NCBI GenBank assembly: GCA_965370205.1
Contig: CBDUUJ010000002.1
Coordinates: 1 to 34,945 of the forward strand
Origin: an uncultured bacterium
GTDB lineage: Bacteria > JAJVIF01 > JAPKYR01
Length of the DNA stretch: 34,945 bases
Reading direction: 5' to 3'
The notes beneath the pieces were generated by a model. The model searched no databases and had not been told where the DNA came from. It saw only the letters and a program-made list of their open reading frames with translations. Both the position numbers and the translations under genes were made by a program. Shown here one piece after another: positions 7,914 to 17,032 of the stretch. Every line of letters begins with the position of its first letter. The stretch's first letter is position 1.

Positions 7914-9788
7914 TCAATTTTCTATCGGTGACTTACAGATCAATGTCAGTCCTTCGTCGTTTCTGACCAGGCTGACCGCGTCGCCCGCGATATCGAAACA
8001 TCCCGCCGCGCTTCCGCACAATTTTGTAAGCCCCTCGGTAATCGGATCCTCGGTAAAATCATCGACGGCATACTGGCCGTAAGGGTCTACAGGGATTGTC
8101 GGGCATGAGAAATCCACTCCGAGATCGTCGATGAGCTTGTCGAGAATGACGGTGTCGTTATAGGCGCCGGAATATTCGATTAAAATCACAACAATCCCAC
8201 CGCCGTTGACCATGTCTTTTATCCCCTGGACCTCCTCCGGAGTGAAATAATTCGGCTCGTCCGGCGGATGAGGCGTGAAGATGACCAGCATTTTCAGGCC
8301 GGTTACATCGAGAGGCACGAACGGCGTATCCGGGATGTATTCATAGGTATAACCCAGACCCGTGACAAGGCTTCCGAATTCCGATGGATTAACATTTCCC
8401 TTGGAATGACCCTCATGCCACACAACCTTGTCGTTATCGGCGAAAGCCCCTGTCAGCGGAAGGTTCAGCATGTTGGTAATCAGCATGCTGTTGTCGCAGT
8501 CGTCGGCCCAGTGGAAATACGCGCCGTCGCCGATGCCGTAGATCCAGGCAGGCTCCTCGTTAACATTCACCACGGTCAGAAAATACGACGCGAGCGTTCC
8601 AGCGGCATTGTTCGGGACTCCAAACGGATTTGCGTAATTCAGTCCGGGATAATAAATCTCGATGAATACCGGCAGCAGATCGTATGATGTCAGAACTTCC
8701 ACAGGTTTACTTGCAAGGAATTTATGATAATGATCGCCTTTTTCAGTCGGAGTCATGTCAACCTCAAATGCGCCGCTCCACGCCGAACAGTAAATTTTAA
8801 TCCCGTATTCCTCCATCGTATCGTCGCAGGTCGCCGACCAGTCCCAGACGGTAATTTCGAAACATATATCCCCGCCGAAGTTATTTTCATCGATGAAGTA
8901 CGCGGAGCTGTAATCCAGAATATCGACAACCACCGTCTCCTCCGAATTGGCGTTTATCGGAAAGTCATCGAGAGAATTTGGCGGGTCGGGATGATTTGCG
9001 TTAAGCTCCCAGTTGGCAATGACAGCGTACTGGAATTTTATCCCTGTGGTGTGGGGAAAGCGGAGGTTGTAACATCGATGGTTAACGCTACCGGGAGAGA
9101 AAGCGCCGCGACTCTCAGGATTTGACATCAGAAAATCAAGTGCGTCGTCATCCAGCGTGAGGCCATCGGCAAAATATTTATATGGATTAAGAACCGCCGT
9201 CGGTGTGTAACCGGGCGTGCCTTTGCTGCCGGGATAATAACCCTGGAGAGGCATTATCTCTCCGGCACCCGTGAATTCGGGAGCATTGAACCGCCTTGTG
9301 TATCCGTCGGGATTGAGAATCCGCTGGTCATTCAGACCCGGCATCGTGAATCCACCGGGACCCGGATAGATCGACGAGCCTTGTCCCATGAAAACACCCA
9401 GCACATCGAAACCGGTGAATTTATCGAGTCCGGGAAACGGATGCTGGATACCCACATCTATCAGGAAATCCGTATAGTCAGGTTCCGGATCGATACTGAG
9501 AATATTAATGACAAGATTTGACGGCGATCCGTCGATGAATTTGACAACATTGCATGCCAGCTCAGCGCTTCTCAAAGGCGTAATCTCGAATTCTTCCGTC
9601 CCGGAATTCCATTCGATATCCCAGAGTCCCCAGAGACCGGAGCTTCCGGCTGTGGAAGTGCTTCGGTCGGCTGATAATTCCGGGTTTTGATGTGGATCGG
9701 GAGATATCGATTCCGGGGATGATCCTGAGCAGGACAGGATAAGTAAGGCAGCGAAAATTGCCATAATACCAAGATTAAATCGATTCAT
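7914..9788 (-). CDS. Putative secreted lipoprotein of an unrecognised family; paralog of 1..1306
   Basis: MNRFNLGIMAIFAALLILSCSGSS is a signal peptide followed by Cys. The conserved core is shared with 1..1306 (motifs listed there). The extra C-terminal ~150 aa (LKMLVIFTPHPPDEPNYFTPEEVQGIKDMVNGGGIVVILIEYSG) looks like a flavodoxin-like / DUF4350-type alpha/beta module. Confidence 0.85.
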   Translation of the reverse strand: MNRFNLGIMAIFAALLILSCSGSSPESISPDPHQNPELSADRSTSTAGSSGLWGLWDIEWNSGTEEFEITPLRSAELACNVVKFIDGSPSNLVINILSIDPEPDYTDFLIDVGIQHPFPGLDKFTGFDVLGVFMGQGSSIYPGPGGFTMPGLNDQRILNPDGYTRRFNAPEFTGAGEIMPLQGYYPGSKGTPGYTPTAVLNPYKYFADGLTLDDDALDFLMSNPESRGAFSPGSVNHRCYNLRFPHTTGIKFQYAVIANWELNANHPDPPNSLDDFPINANSEETVVVDILDYSSAYFIDENNFGGDICFEITVWDWSATCDDTMEEYGIKIYCSAWSGAFEVDMTPTEKGDHYHKFLASKPVEVLTSYDLLPVFIEIYYPGLNYANPFGVPNNAAGTLASYFLTVVNVNEEPAWIYGIGDGAYFHWADDCDNSMLITNMLNLPLTGAFADNDKVVWHEGHSKGNVNPSEFGSLVTGLGYTYEYIPDTPFVPLDVTGLKMLVIFTPHPPDEPNYFTPEEVQGIKDMVNGGGIVVILIEYSGAYNDTVILDKLIDDLGVDFSCPTIPVDPYGQYAVDDFTEDPITEGLTKLCGSAAGCFDIAGDAVSLVRNDEGLTLICKSPIEN

Positions 9789-9869
9789 GAGTTATACCTC
9801 TGGTTGTCCTGCGAATCCTGAGCTGATTGTAATATATGGCAGCAAATAATTTTATGGATGCCGATTGAT

Positions 9870-9898
9870 ATCTTAATATTTTACTGTCGCTGTGTCAA
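9870..9898 (-). promoter_or_regulatory. Sigma-70-type promoter for the 7914..9788 lipoprotein gene
   Basis: On the minus strand: TTGACA (9898-9893), a 17-nt spacer, then TAAGAT (9875-9870). It sits about 80 nt upstream of the ATG at 9788. Confidence 0.4.
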
Positions 9899-9989
9899 CA
9901 GCTTATTTAATTCCACATGCAATGCTTCTATAATTCTGAAATTACTTTTAACCGGCAAGTTTGAATTAGCGTCTTTATATCAATCCTGT

Positions 9990-11369
9990 CTAATCAGCAG
10001 CGCCCTTCAATTTGGAATTTGCGGAGATGAAATTATCTACCAGTTCGCCGGCGATAGTGAAATAACTCTGACCATCCTGCGTGGCATAGTAATTACCGTT
10101 TTCATCCGTTGATCCCAGATAAATGAAAGCCTTGCCCATGTCGCGCTCGCGGTAGACCTCGATCTTCATGAAAAAAACAGGCTCGAGCCCGTAATCCTCC
10201 ACGTGCTCAGGTATTGGCACTCTATCCTCGGGTTGAAGCGCTAAAAGGGCATTGATGAAGTTCTCGAAACTACCCGGATCGGTGTAGAGCCGTCCTTCAG
10301 GTTTGAGAATTTCCCAATCCTCGATACCCGCTCCGGTTCGGATAAATTCAAGATTTTCGGAACCCGGCAGTCGTATGTGAATACGCTCGATCGACTCGGT
10401 GGGGAATTCGATGAGCAGCACATGGAAAAACACACCGGGATCGAGCGCAAGACGGTCGTATATGTATGCGTCGACAATAAACGGCGACGGCTGCCATGAC
10501 GAGCTTGCGAAAATACCACGCGTATAGTCCTCACCGTGAAGCGTAAGCTCACCGGTGACTCCGTCAGCGGACGTTACTACAAGTTTCACCGATTTCATCC
10601 TCAGCTCCGGATCGTCGGCGTCATCCGGCAGAAATTCAACCGCACAAAGCTCCCGGATATTCTGGAAGAGGATGCCAAGCCGCGCCGGACTTGCGGGGAA
10701 AGTCTGCGGTCTGGTCACCATCCATGTGGAATCATCCTTCTCGAAGTGTATGTCAGCCTCGACACTCGACAACTGAATCGCGACCAGATTATCCGGATCA
10801 AACACCAGGGCGCGTGTATCGCGGAGAGTATCGGGATTAATATCGAATGGTTCAATATAGTAAATCGGAATGAGGAAAGCGGAGGTCGAGTCGGCGAAAG
10901 CGCCGTATCTTGCCGTGCCGGAAGCGTTTTTGTGGCCAATCGCGAGGTCCATCAGGATCCTGCCTGATGTTGACGCAAGCCTGAGACGAAATTCCGGGTC
11001 CGTAAGACCGTATTCGGATTTCCGATCCTCAGTAACATCCGCGATGTCGCGTTCCGATTCGACGGCGAATATCCCGTCGATCAATCCAGCGAGAGACATA
11101 GGGTCGCAGCCGGCTTCATAGGGCTGAGTCATGCGCCAGTCCTCGGCTGTGCCGGCGCCACTCTCACCGGATGCGCCGGTCTTCTCGATCCGGATTGTCT
11201 CATCCGGTCGTATCAGTTCGATGATATCAAGTTCCTCGATGTTGATCAGTGAACGGTCGGCAAGTCTCCTTGCGGCTGCCACTTTCTCCTCGCGGAACCC
11301 AAGGTACCATACTGCGAAACCGCAGATTATAAGAAGGGGTATGAATATTGTATTGTATCTGATTTTCAT
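9990..11369 (-). CDS. DUF4340-like membrane-anchored protein, last gene of the GldG-type ABC operon
   Basis: It has a single N-terminal TM (IFIPLLIICGFAVWYLGF) and then a large soluble domain. The assignment rests mainly on context: in the gene clusters I recall, ABC ATPase / ABC-2 permease / GldG-like genes are followed by a DUF4340 gene. Confidence 0.65.
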   Translation of the reverse strand: MKIRYNTIFIPLLIICGFAVWYLGFREEKVAAARRLADRSLINIEELDIIELIRPDETIRIEKTGASGESGAGTAEDWRMTQPYEAGCDPMSLAGLIDGIFAVESERDIADVTEDRKSEYGLTDPEFRLRLASTSGRILMDLAIGHKNASGTARYGAFADSTSAFLIPIYYIEPFDINPDTLRDTRALVFDPDNLVAIQLSSVEADIHFEKDDSTWMVTRPQTFPASPARLGILFQNIRELCAVEFLPDDADDPELRMKSVKLVVTSADGVTGELTLHGEDYTRGIFASSSWQPSPFIVDAYIYDRLALDPGVFFHVLLIEFPTESIERIHIRLPGSENLEFIRTGAGIEDWEILKPEGRLYTDPGSFENFINALLALQPEDRVPIPEHVEDYGLEPVFFMKIEVYRERDMGKAFIYLGSTDENGNYYATQDGQSYFTIAGELVDNFISANSKLKGAAD

Positions 11370-11402
11370 GACTCAACCCTTCAATCGAAAGGATATGATT
11401 CT

Positions 11403-11499
11403 AGCGGCGTCTCCACCAGACCAGTCCGCCAAGCCCGGCAATTAACAGCGGCGTCTCCACCAGACCAGTCCGCCAAGCCCGGCAATTAACAGCGGCGTC
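11403..11499. repeat. Perfect 44-bp tandem duplication (2 copies plus 9 bp) spanning the stop codon of the GldG-like gene
   Basis: agcggcgtctccaccagaccagtccgccaagcccggcaattaac occurs at 11403-11446 and again at 11447-11490. The next 9 nt (agcggcgtc) start a third copy. Confidence 0.95.
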
Positions 11500-13901
11500 A
11501 GGATAACACTGATCGCGAAGATGATATTCTGCTGTGTGTTGGTGAGATCGAGAGTGCGGTGCTCACGCTGAGCCGGACGGATACTGATGAGATCGTGCTG
11601 AACGGTGAGATAGTTCACAGCGTTCAGGGCGAAATCCTTGTTGTAATAGCTGTCGTAGTTTGAGTTCTGTATGAAACTGCCGTCGCCGACCACCAGAACC
11701 TGCGCGATGCGTGTCGGAGCGGAAGCCTCATCAATCTTAACGGGTTCTGGTGCTTCTCCGGTCTCATCCCCGCTGTTTTCAGGGGTCTCCGGCGATACCG
11801 GTTCTTCCTTTGCAGCATCAAGGATTCGCTTTGCTATAACCGCAAGTTCGAGAGCTTCCCTTGTATCGGAATCCTCGTTGAATACCAGGTCATCCGATAT
11901 CTCGTTCCAGCTTGACGCACTCGAGCGTACCAGAGTGTCCGTCTCGACATCCGGAAGCCGTCCGCGGTTTGTGAAACTGAGACTTCCTGCGTTGAAGAAT
12001 ACCATTCCATCCTCGAAGAAAGGCGCGGTTATCGAGTGCTCCGGATTTCCGGTAACGATCGGGCTGAGCGGATCATCATAGAAATTATTCTTATCGTCAA
12101 GAACAAAACCGTCATTGAATCTGATACCGTACGTGCGCAATAATGCTGACAGCCCGGCATCCTCTCCCGGCTCCAGGAAACACATGATACTTCCGCCGTC
12201 GTCAAGATAATCCCCGATTGCATCAAGCTCCTGCGACTCAAGGTCTCTGTTGGGTGATGCAATAATCAGGAGGCTTGTCTCCGGAGGTATTCCGTTCGCC
12301 TCGGGAACTCTTAAAATGTTGACATCGTATCCCTCAAGCTCAAGCTGGGAGCGGAATTTGCTCAATCCGGCCTGGAAACGATCATCGGAGAATGGATCGG
12401 GTTCGCCGTGTCCGCCCAGGAATGAAACAAGCCTGAGATGAGTCTGCCTGACCGCAAGCAGTGCCGATGTAAAGTGTGGCTCATCAATATCGACAGCAAC
12501 TGCGCGGTTTTCACCGAGTTCGAAAAGCACGGACGGGTTCCGTGTGATGCCTTTGCTCTCGGCAAGTTCGCGCTGGATATCAGGATCGATATAATTGAAT
12601 TCAAGATTGTGCGAGTGATAGAGATACAAATCCATCAGTTTGTCGATGACATCCCGGTAGCCGCTGGTCGGTGAGGCGAAAGCTGTCACGGCTATCGGTT
12701 CCCCCGCGCGGTTGATATCATCAAGAACGCTCAATGTCTGCGGTGATAATGAATGCAGACCCTCCGATGAGAGATCGAGCCGGTAGGGATACCTGTAGGC
12801 AATGATATTAACGAAAATCAATATGCCAAGCAGGCTGAAAATGATTATGCTTACATTTGCCGAGTAGCGCATACTCCTGCCTGACAGGGCAACTTTCAGC
12901 CAGTCTCTGCATGCAATAACGAAAGTGCCCGCAAGAGCAAGCCCGATACCTCCCAGAGCTGTAATCGCCGTACCTGTATATCCTATGGAGAGAGCGATTG
13001 AAGCTCCCAAAAGGGATATGGCACTGGCTATTAGTATCAAAAAAGCAAGAGGTGACGGAGGATTTATTTTTTTAGGGGCTTTGGGTTTCCCGGATTTACG
13101 CCTGCGGCGTTTTTTCATCCTGTCGGATTCGCTCTCTTCTTCCGATTTATCAGCGATATTTTCTGCCGCCCCGGCATTTTCTTCGGCAGCAGTCTCATCA
13201 GGAGTTTGCGTTGCATTCGACATAACAGCCTGCCGCAGAGGGGCGTAGTCGCCCGTAGGTGCATTCTCAAGCTCTTTCGGCGGCTCTATGCCATCCGATG
13301 GCGGCTCGGGATCAGGATCGGGTTCCGGTTCTTTGGATGGCTGTTCGGATCGTACAGGTTCCGCACGATGGGCTTTCTGCTCCGGATGATCATCCGCTGT
13401 ATTCCTGCCACTGTCGTCCGACTTTTCCAGCGGTTGATCGCTCTTTATTTCAGCGGCGACAGGAGTCCGCTGCCATTCGGGGATATCGGCAGGCCAGGTC
13501 GGTTCCTGGCTTTGAGCAGGCTCGCGATCAGCCTGTGATTCAATTTCCTCTGAAAGCTCACGTATTGCGGAGGATTCGGGAATCTGCTCCACCGGCGCAG
13601 GCTCGGGAGCCGATGTTTCCTGCTCCGCTGAATCTCCGAGTGAATCCGATTCTGTAAATGATATGAATTCAGCTTCCGCCAGATCGGATTTTTTCTTATC
13701 TTCGACCGGCTTCCGGGGTTCTGTGGGTTCAGAATCATCTGCCGGTGATTCGTGTTCTTTTTCCGGAGTCTCTGCATGCTTTTCTGCAGTCTGAGGAGAT
13801 TCCTCCTCATGTGGATGCATCTTTTCCGGTTCCGGTGTTTTTTCCTCGTCGGAATCCGAGCCTAGGATTGCTTGTCGTAATTTTTCGGGATCGTATGTCA
13901 C
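11442..13901 (-). CDS. GldG-like ABC-transporter auxiliary protein with a ~260-aa acidic disordered N-terminal extension
   Basis: The C-terminal ~530 aa look GldG-like: a basic patch (KKRRRRKSGKPKAPKK), TM helices, a large ABC_transp_aux-like domain (EFNYIDPDIQRELAESKGI, IMCFLEPGED) and a C-terminal TM followed by WWRRR. Residues 1-261 are E/P/S/D-rich. The track start is GTG; an internal ATG at 13118 (MKKRRRR...) is an alternative start. Confidence 0.8.
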   Translation of the reverse strand: MTYDPEKLRQAILGSDSDEEKTPEPEKMHPHEEESPQTAEKHAETPEKEHESPADDSEPTEPRKPVEDKKKSDLAEAEFISFTESDSLGDSAEQETSAPEPAPVEQIPESSAIRELSEEIESQADREPAQSQEPTWPADIPEWQRTPVAAEIKSDQPLEKSDDSGRNTADDHPEQKAHRAEPVRSEQPSKEPEPDPDPEPPSDGIEPPKELENAPTGDYAPLRQAVMSNATQTPDETAAEENAGAAENIADKSEEESESDRMKKRRRRKSGKPKAPKKINPPSPLAFLILIASAISLLGASIALSIGYTGTAITALGGIGLALAGTFVIACRDWLKVALSGRSMRYSANVSIIIFSLLGILIFVNIIAYRYPYRLDLSSEGLHSLSPQTLSVLDDINRAGEPIAVTAFASPTSGYRDVIDKLMDLYLYHSHNLEFNYIDPDIQRELAESKGITRNPSVLFELGENRAVAVDIDEPHFTSALLAVRQTHLRLVSFLGGHGEPDPFSDDRFQAGLSKFRSQLELEGYDVNILRVPEANGIPPETSLLIIASPNRDLESQELDAIGDYLDDGGSIMCFLEPGEDAGLSALLRTYGIRFNDGFVLDDKNNFYDDPLSPIVTGNPEHSITAPFFEDGMVFFNAGSLSFTNRGRLPDVETDTLVRSSASSWNEISDDLVFNEDSDTREALELAVIAKRILDAAKEEPVSPETPENSGDETGEAPEPVKIDEASAPTRIAQVLVVGDGSFIQNSNYDSYYNKDFALNAVNYLTVQHDLISIRPAQREHRTLDLTNTQQNIIFAISVILTPLLIAGLGGLVWWRRRC

Positions 13902-13935
13902 GGTTCAATCACTGCGGGATGTCGACCCGCTGAAT

Positions 13936-14646
13936 TTATTTCCATCTGTTTATTTCCACAACCCGAACGGCTGCAAAAAGTGAAAACACAATAAATGAAA
14001 GCAGGTAGATAATGTCACGGGTATCGATGAGGCCGTTTACAAAGTTATTGAATTGGCCGGAGAATGAAAGGTAATGGAAAGTCTTGCCCAGCGGACCGCC
14101 CATAATGCTGCCTGCAGCAAGGAATTTCAATCCAAACAGCACCAGAAGACAGATTATCGCCGCCACCACAGCGCTCCTTGACAGCGCACTTGAAAGAACA
14201 CCCATTGAAAGGAATGCGGCGCCGAGAAGCAGCGCTCCAAGATATCCGGTCAGTATGATTCCCCAGTCCGGTTCGCCGAATATTCCCAGGAAAAGCGGGA
14301 ATTGAAGTGTGAGCGCAATAGAGAACGCGTAAAGCATGAAGCTGGCGAAATATTTGCCCAGGACAACCTCCCAGTCGTTGATCGGGTAGGTCATCAGAAG
14401 CTCGATCGTTCCGCTTCTGCGTTCATCGGAGAAAAGGTGCATCGTAATAACCGCTGCCATTGGAATTGATAAATAGCCGAGCACCTCAAATGCCCCGCGA
14501 AGGCTGGCGTCATGAAGTGTTTTAACCGTGATGAAATAGAACCAGCCCCCGAGAATCAGAAGGAAGAAAAAAGCAACCGAATATGCCACAGGACTGACAA
14601 AGTATGATTTTAACTCGCGTGACGCGATTGTAGTCATATTCCTCAA
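13936..14646 (-). CDS. ABC-2 type transporter permease (GldF-like)
   Basis: A 236-aa protein with about six hydrophobic segments. Its start overlaps the ATPase stop by 4 nt (ATGA overlap at 14643-14646). Confidence 0.85.
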   Translation of the reverse strand: MRNMTTIASRELKSYFVSPVAYSVAFFFLLILGGWFYFITVKTLHDASLRGAFEVLGYLSIPMAAVITMHLFSDERRSGTIELLMTYPINDWEVVLGKYFASFMLYAFSIALTLQFPLFLGIFGEPDWGIILTGYLGALLLGAAFLSMGVLSSALSRSAVVAAIICLLVLFGLKFLAAGSIMGGPLGKTFHYLSFSGQFNNFVNGLIDTRDIIYLLSFIVFSLFAAVRVVEINRWK

Positions 14647-15611
14647 TTCAATCGCCTCCGTTTATTTCCGGTACCCTCGTTGGTTAACATGAGGAAGATA
14701 TCCTCCAGTGACAGGGAATATGGGTGCATTTCGTGAAGCCCGAATCCTCCCTGCACTATTGCTCTTGCGATCTCCTCCCGCACATCGGAATCTATTTTCG
14801 AGTGCACCACGAACATATTTCCGCCGTCCGCGAGATCCGCCTGAGGTTTTTTATCCACTGCAAGAACGCCCAGCACCTTCTTCAGAGCCTCTATAATTCT
14901 ATCCGGATCGCCTTTAACGTTCACTTGCGTCATCTGGGTCTTGGTGAGTTCCCTGGTCAGGTTCTTAACGGAATCGACCGCGACCAGTCGCCCGTTATTG
15001 ATAATGATGATCCTGTCGCAAATCATCGAAACTTCGGGAAGGATATGTGTCGATAAAATTACAGTATGCCCCAGGCCAAGCTCCTTGATCAGATCGCGGA
15101 TCTCGTGAATTTGTCGCGGGTCGAGCCCCGTTGTTGGCTCATCCAGCATCAGAACCTCGGGATCTCCCAGAAGCGCCTGGGCGAGTCCGACTCGCTGACG
15201 GTATCCCTTGGAGAGCGTGCTGATAATTCTCATTTTTACATTGTCAAGACCACACTGCCCGATTGCCCGGTCTACAACTTTTTTTCGCTCGTGGGGATCA
15301 ATCGATTTCACCCGGGCAACAAAGTTGATGTAGTCCAGTATTCGCATGTCCATGTAGAGCGGAACCTGCTCCGGGAGATACCCAAGTCGCTTGCGGACCT
15401 CAAGTGAGTCATCGAAAATGTCGTACCCGGCTATCGTGGCTGTGCCGCGGGTCGGCGGGATATAGCAGGTGAGCATTCTCAGGGTCGTTGTCTTGCCCGC
15501 GGCGTTTGGTCCGAGAAATCCCAGTATCTCGCCGCGCTCGACATGAAAACTCACGTCGTCCACTGCGGTCACACTGCCATACTGCTTTGTCAGGTGTTTA
15601 ACCTCTATCAT
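14643..15611 (-). CDS. ABC transporter ATP-binding protein (GldA-like)
   Basis: Walker A GPNAAGKTT, signature LSKGYRQR, Walker B VLMLDEPTTGLD, and H-loop TVILSTH. Confidence 0.95.
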   Translation of the reverse strand: MIEVKHLTKQYGSVTAVDDVSFHVERGEILGFLGPNAAGKTTTLRMLTCYIPPTRGTATIAGYDIFDDSLEVRKRLGYLPEQVPLYMDMRILDYINFVARVKSIDPHERKKVVDRAIGQCGLDNVKMRIISTLSKGYRQRVGLAQALLGDPEVLMLDEPTTGLDPRQIHEIRDLIKELGLGHTVILSTHILPEVSMICDRIIIINNGRLVAVDSVKNLTRELTKTQMTQVNVKGDPDRIIEALKKVLGVLAVDKKPQADLADGGNMFVVHSKIDSDVREEIARAIVQGGFGLHEMHPYSLSLEDIFLMLTNEGTGNKRRRLN

Positions 15612-15790
15612 ATTTATATACCCTAAATTCAGCTATTGCGGCATATCCTTCCGGATCGCCATAATAGCGGTCTGAATTATTATCAGAGCAAATGCGTTAC
15701 TTTTCGCTTAATAAGAATAGAACTTTGCCAAATATTAAAGATGGTTAAATCCGAAGAAAGGTTTAAATCTGATTAAATTATACACAATCC

Positions 15791-15871
15791 GGAGGGGTGA
15801 TCTCACATGGAAGGGCGATCTCACATGGAGGGGTGATCTCCGGTCACCCGGCGTGATGACGTCCCGTCATC
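15791..15871. promoter_or_regulatory. Direct 18-nt repeats plus two small palindromes upstream of the ABC operon
   Basis: ggaggggtgatctcacat (15791-15808), ggaagggcgatctcacat (15809-15826) and ggaggggtgatctc... (15827-). Then the palindromes GGGTGA-tctccgg-TCACCC (15831-15849) and GATGACG-tcc-CGTCATC (15855-15871). The block lies 180-260 nt upstream of the ATPase start on the minus strand. Confidence 0.5.
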
Positions 15872-15884
15872 ATCTCTTGCTATA

Positions 15885-15915
15885 GATAAAAAAACCCGCC
15901 CAAAATGAGCGGGTT
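15885..15915 (-). terminator. Rho-independent terminator of the S8 protease / lipoprotein operon
   Basis: On the minus strand: AACCCGC-tcattttgg-GCGGGTT followed by TTTTTTTAT, about 30 nt after the stop of 15944..16999. Confidence 0.7.
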
Positions 15916-15943
15916 GAAAAATTCGCGATTAATAATTCGACAA

Positions 15944-16999
15944 TTACAACTGCGGGAACGGGTTGTAATTAATAATATCAGGCATGATCTCCAGAAGCTG
16001 CAGGGAGCCCTGGTTCAGATCGGGGGATGTCGACAGGGCGTTGACATCATCGACCGTAACCTGCTGCCCCTGCATCCATTTCAGGAATAATATGGTCGCT
16101 CTCAGATCATTGGCACAGATTTTGTCATGCGAGCATTTGTAGTCGGGATCAAGAATCAGGGCTTTCTCAAGAGCACTCTGGGCATCATCGAAGTAATAGC
16201 TGATGAACCCGTAATATGGAATCCATGGACCGACAAGCACCGGGTCCTTGTTGGACTGACCGAGCAGGGTGAGATATGTGCCACCCATTCCGACCCACGC
16301 GTCAACATCGTTTAGATTGGCTGTCGCATGGTCGAAATTCAGGATCGCCTGGTCCCACTCATATGAATTCATTGAATCGACCCAGCCTGAATCATCGACG
16401 TAATAAAGACTCGTGGTGCAGTCCTTGCCGCGTTTGGCGTATACCCATCCAATGCCGGTATAGGCGGAGGATGAATATGTGAGGTCAGCCTGGAGGAAAC
16501 GATCCTCGAACGCTCGGTTGAAGTTGATAAGCGCCAGGGTGTAATCCTTGGCGAGGTACGAGTTCCAGCCGTTGTCCAGAAAATCGTTCTCGAGGACGAT
16601 GTCGCCGAGATCGTAAGTTCCAACCGTTGTCAGTGTGAGCTTATGGATGTAGCCGAGATTCCTGCCAATGGAAACCTGGAACAGCCCGATCTCAAGAGTC
16701 ATCGGTATGCCCATCGGCAGTCCGATGAACCGGAACACGCCGGCATCCGGACCGGAATCCTGGGGCTGCAGAGCCGGCGAGATGTCTCCGCCGCCGCTGA
16801 CGGTCAGCTTGATATCAACCCAGGGTTTTCCAACCGGGTTTCCCTCACGGTCGAGAATTCGGCCGGTGAGCGTGGCTCCGCCGGTGTTTCCGGATACGCC
16901 CGGATCGTTGACTACCGGGTCACTCCCGCCGCCGCAGGCAAACGCCCCAGCGGCCAGGAGGATGACGATTATTATCATTGAAATGTGTCGGATATTCAT
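15944..16999 (-). CDS. Lipoprotein with a carboxypeptidase-regulatory-like beta domain and a TPR-like C-terminal region
   Basis: MNIRHISMIIIVILLAAGAFACGGGS is a lipoprotein signal. GATLTGRILDREGNPVGKPWVDIKLTV is a CarboxypepD_reg-like strand pattern. TPR-like helices follow (YLAKDYTLALINFNRAFE, FDDAQSALEKALILDPDY). AGGAGG lies 9 nt upstream, and the gene starts 33 nt after the S8 gene stop. Confidence 0.7.
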   Translation of the reverse strand: MNIRHISMIIIVILLAAGAFACGGGSDPVVNDPGVSGNTGGATLTGRILDREGNPVGKPWVDIKLTVSGGGDISPALQPQDSGPDAGVFRFIGLPMGIPMTLEIGLFQVSIGRNLGYIHKLTLTTVGTYDLGDIVLENDFLDNGWNSYLAKDYTLALINFNRAFEDRFLQADLTYSSSAYTGIGWVYAKRGKDCTTSLYYVDDSGWVDSMNSYEWDQAILNFDHATANLNDVDAWVGMGGTYLTLLGQSNKDPVLVGPWIPYYGFISYYFDDAQSALEKALILDPDYKCSHDKICANDLRATILFLKWMQGQQVTVDDVNALSTSPDLNQGSLQLLEIMPDIINYNPFPQL

Positions 17000-17032
17000 T
17001 TTCTTATTTCCTCCTTGTTTATCTACCGGGGC

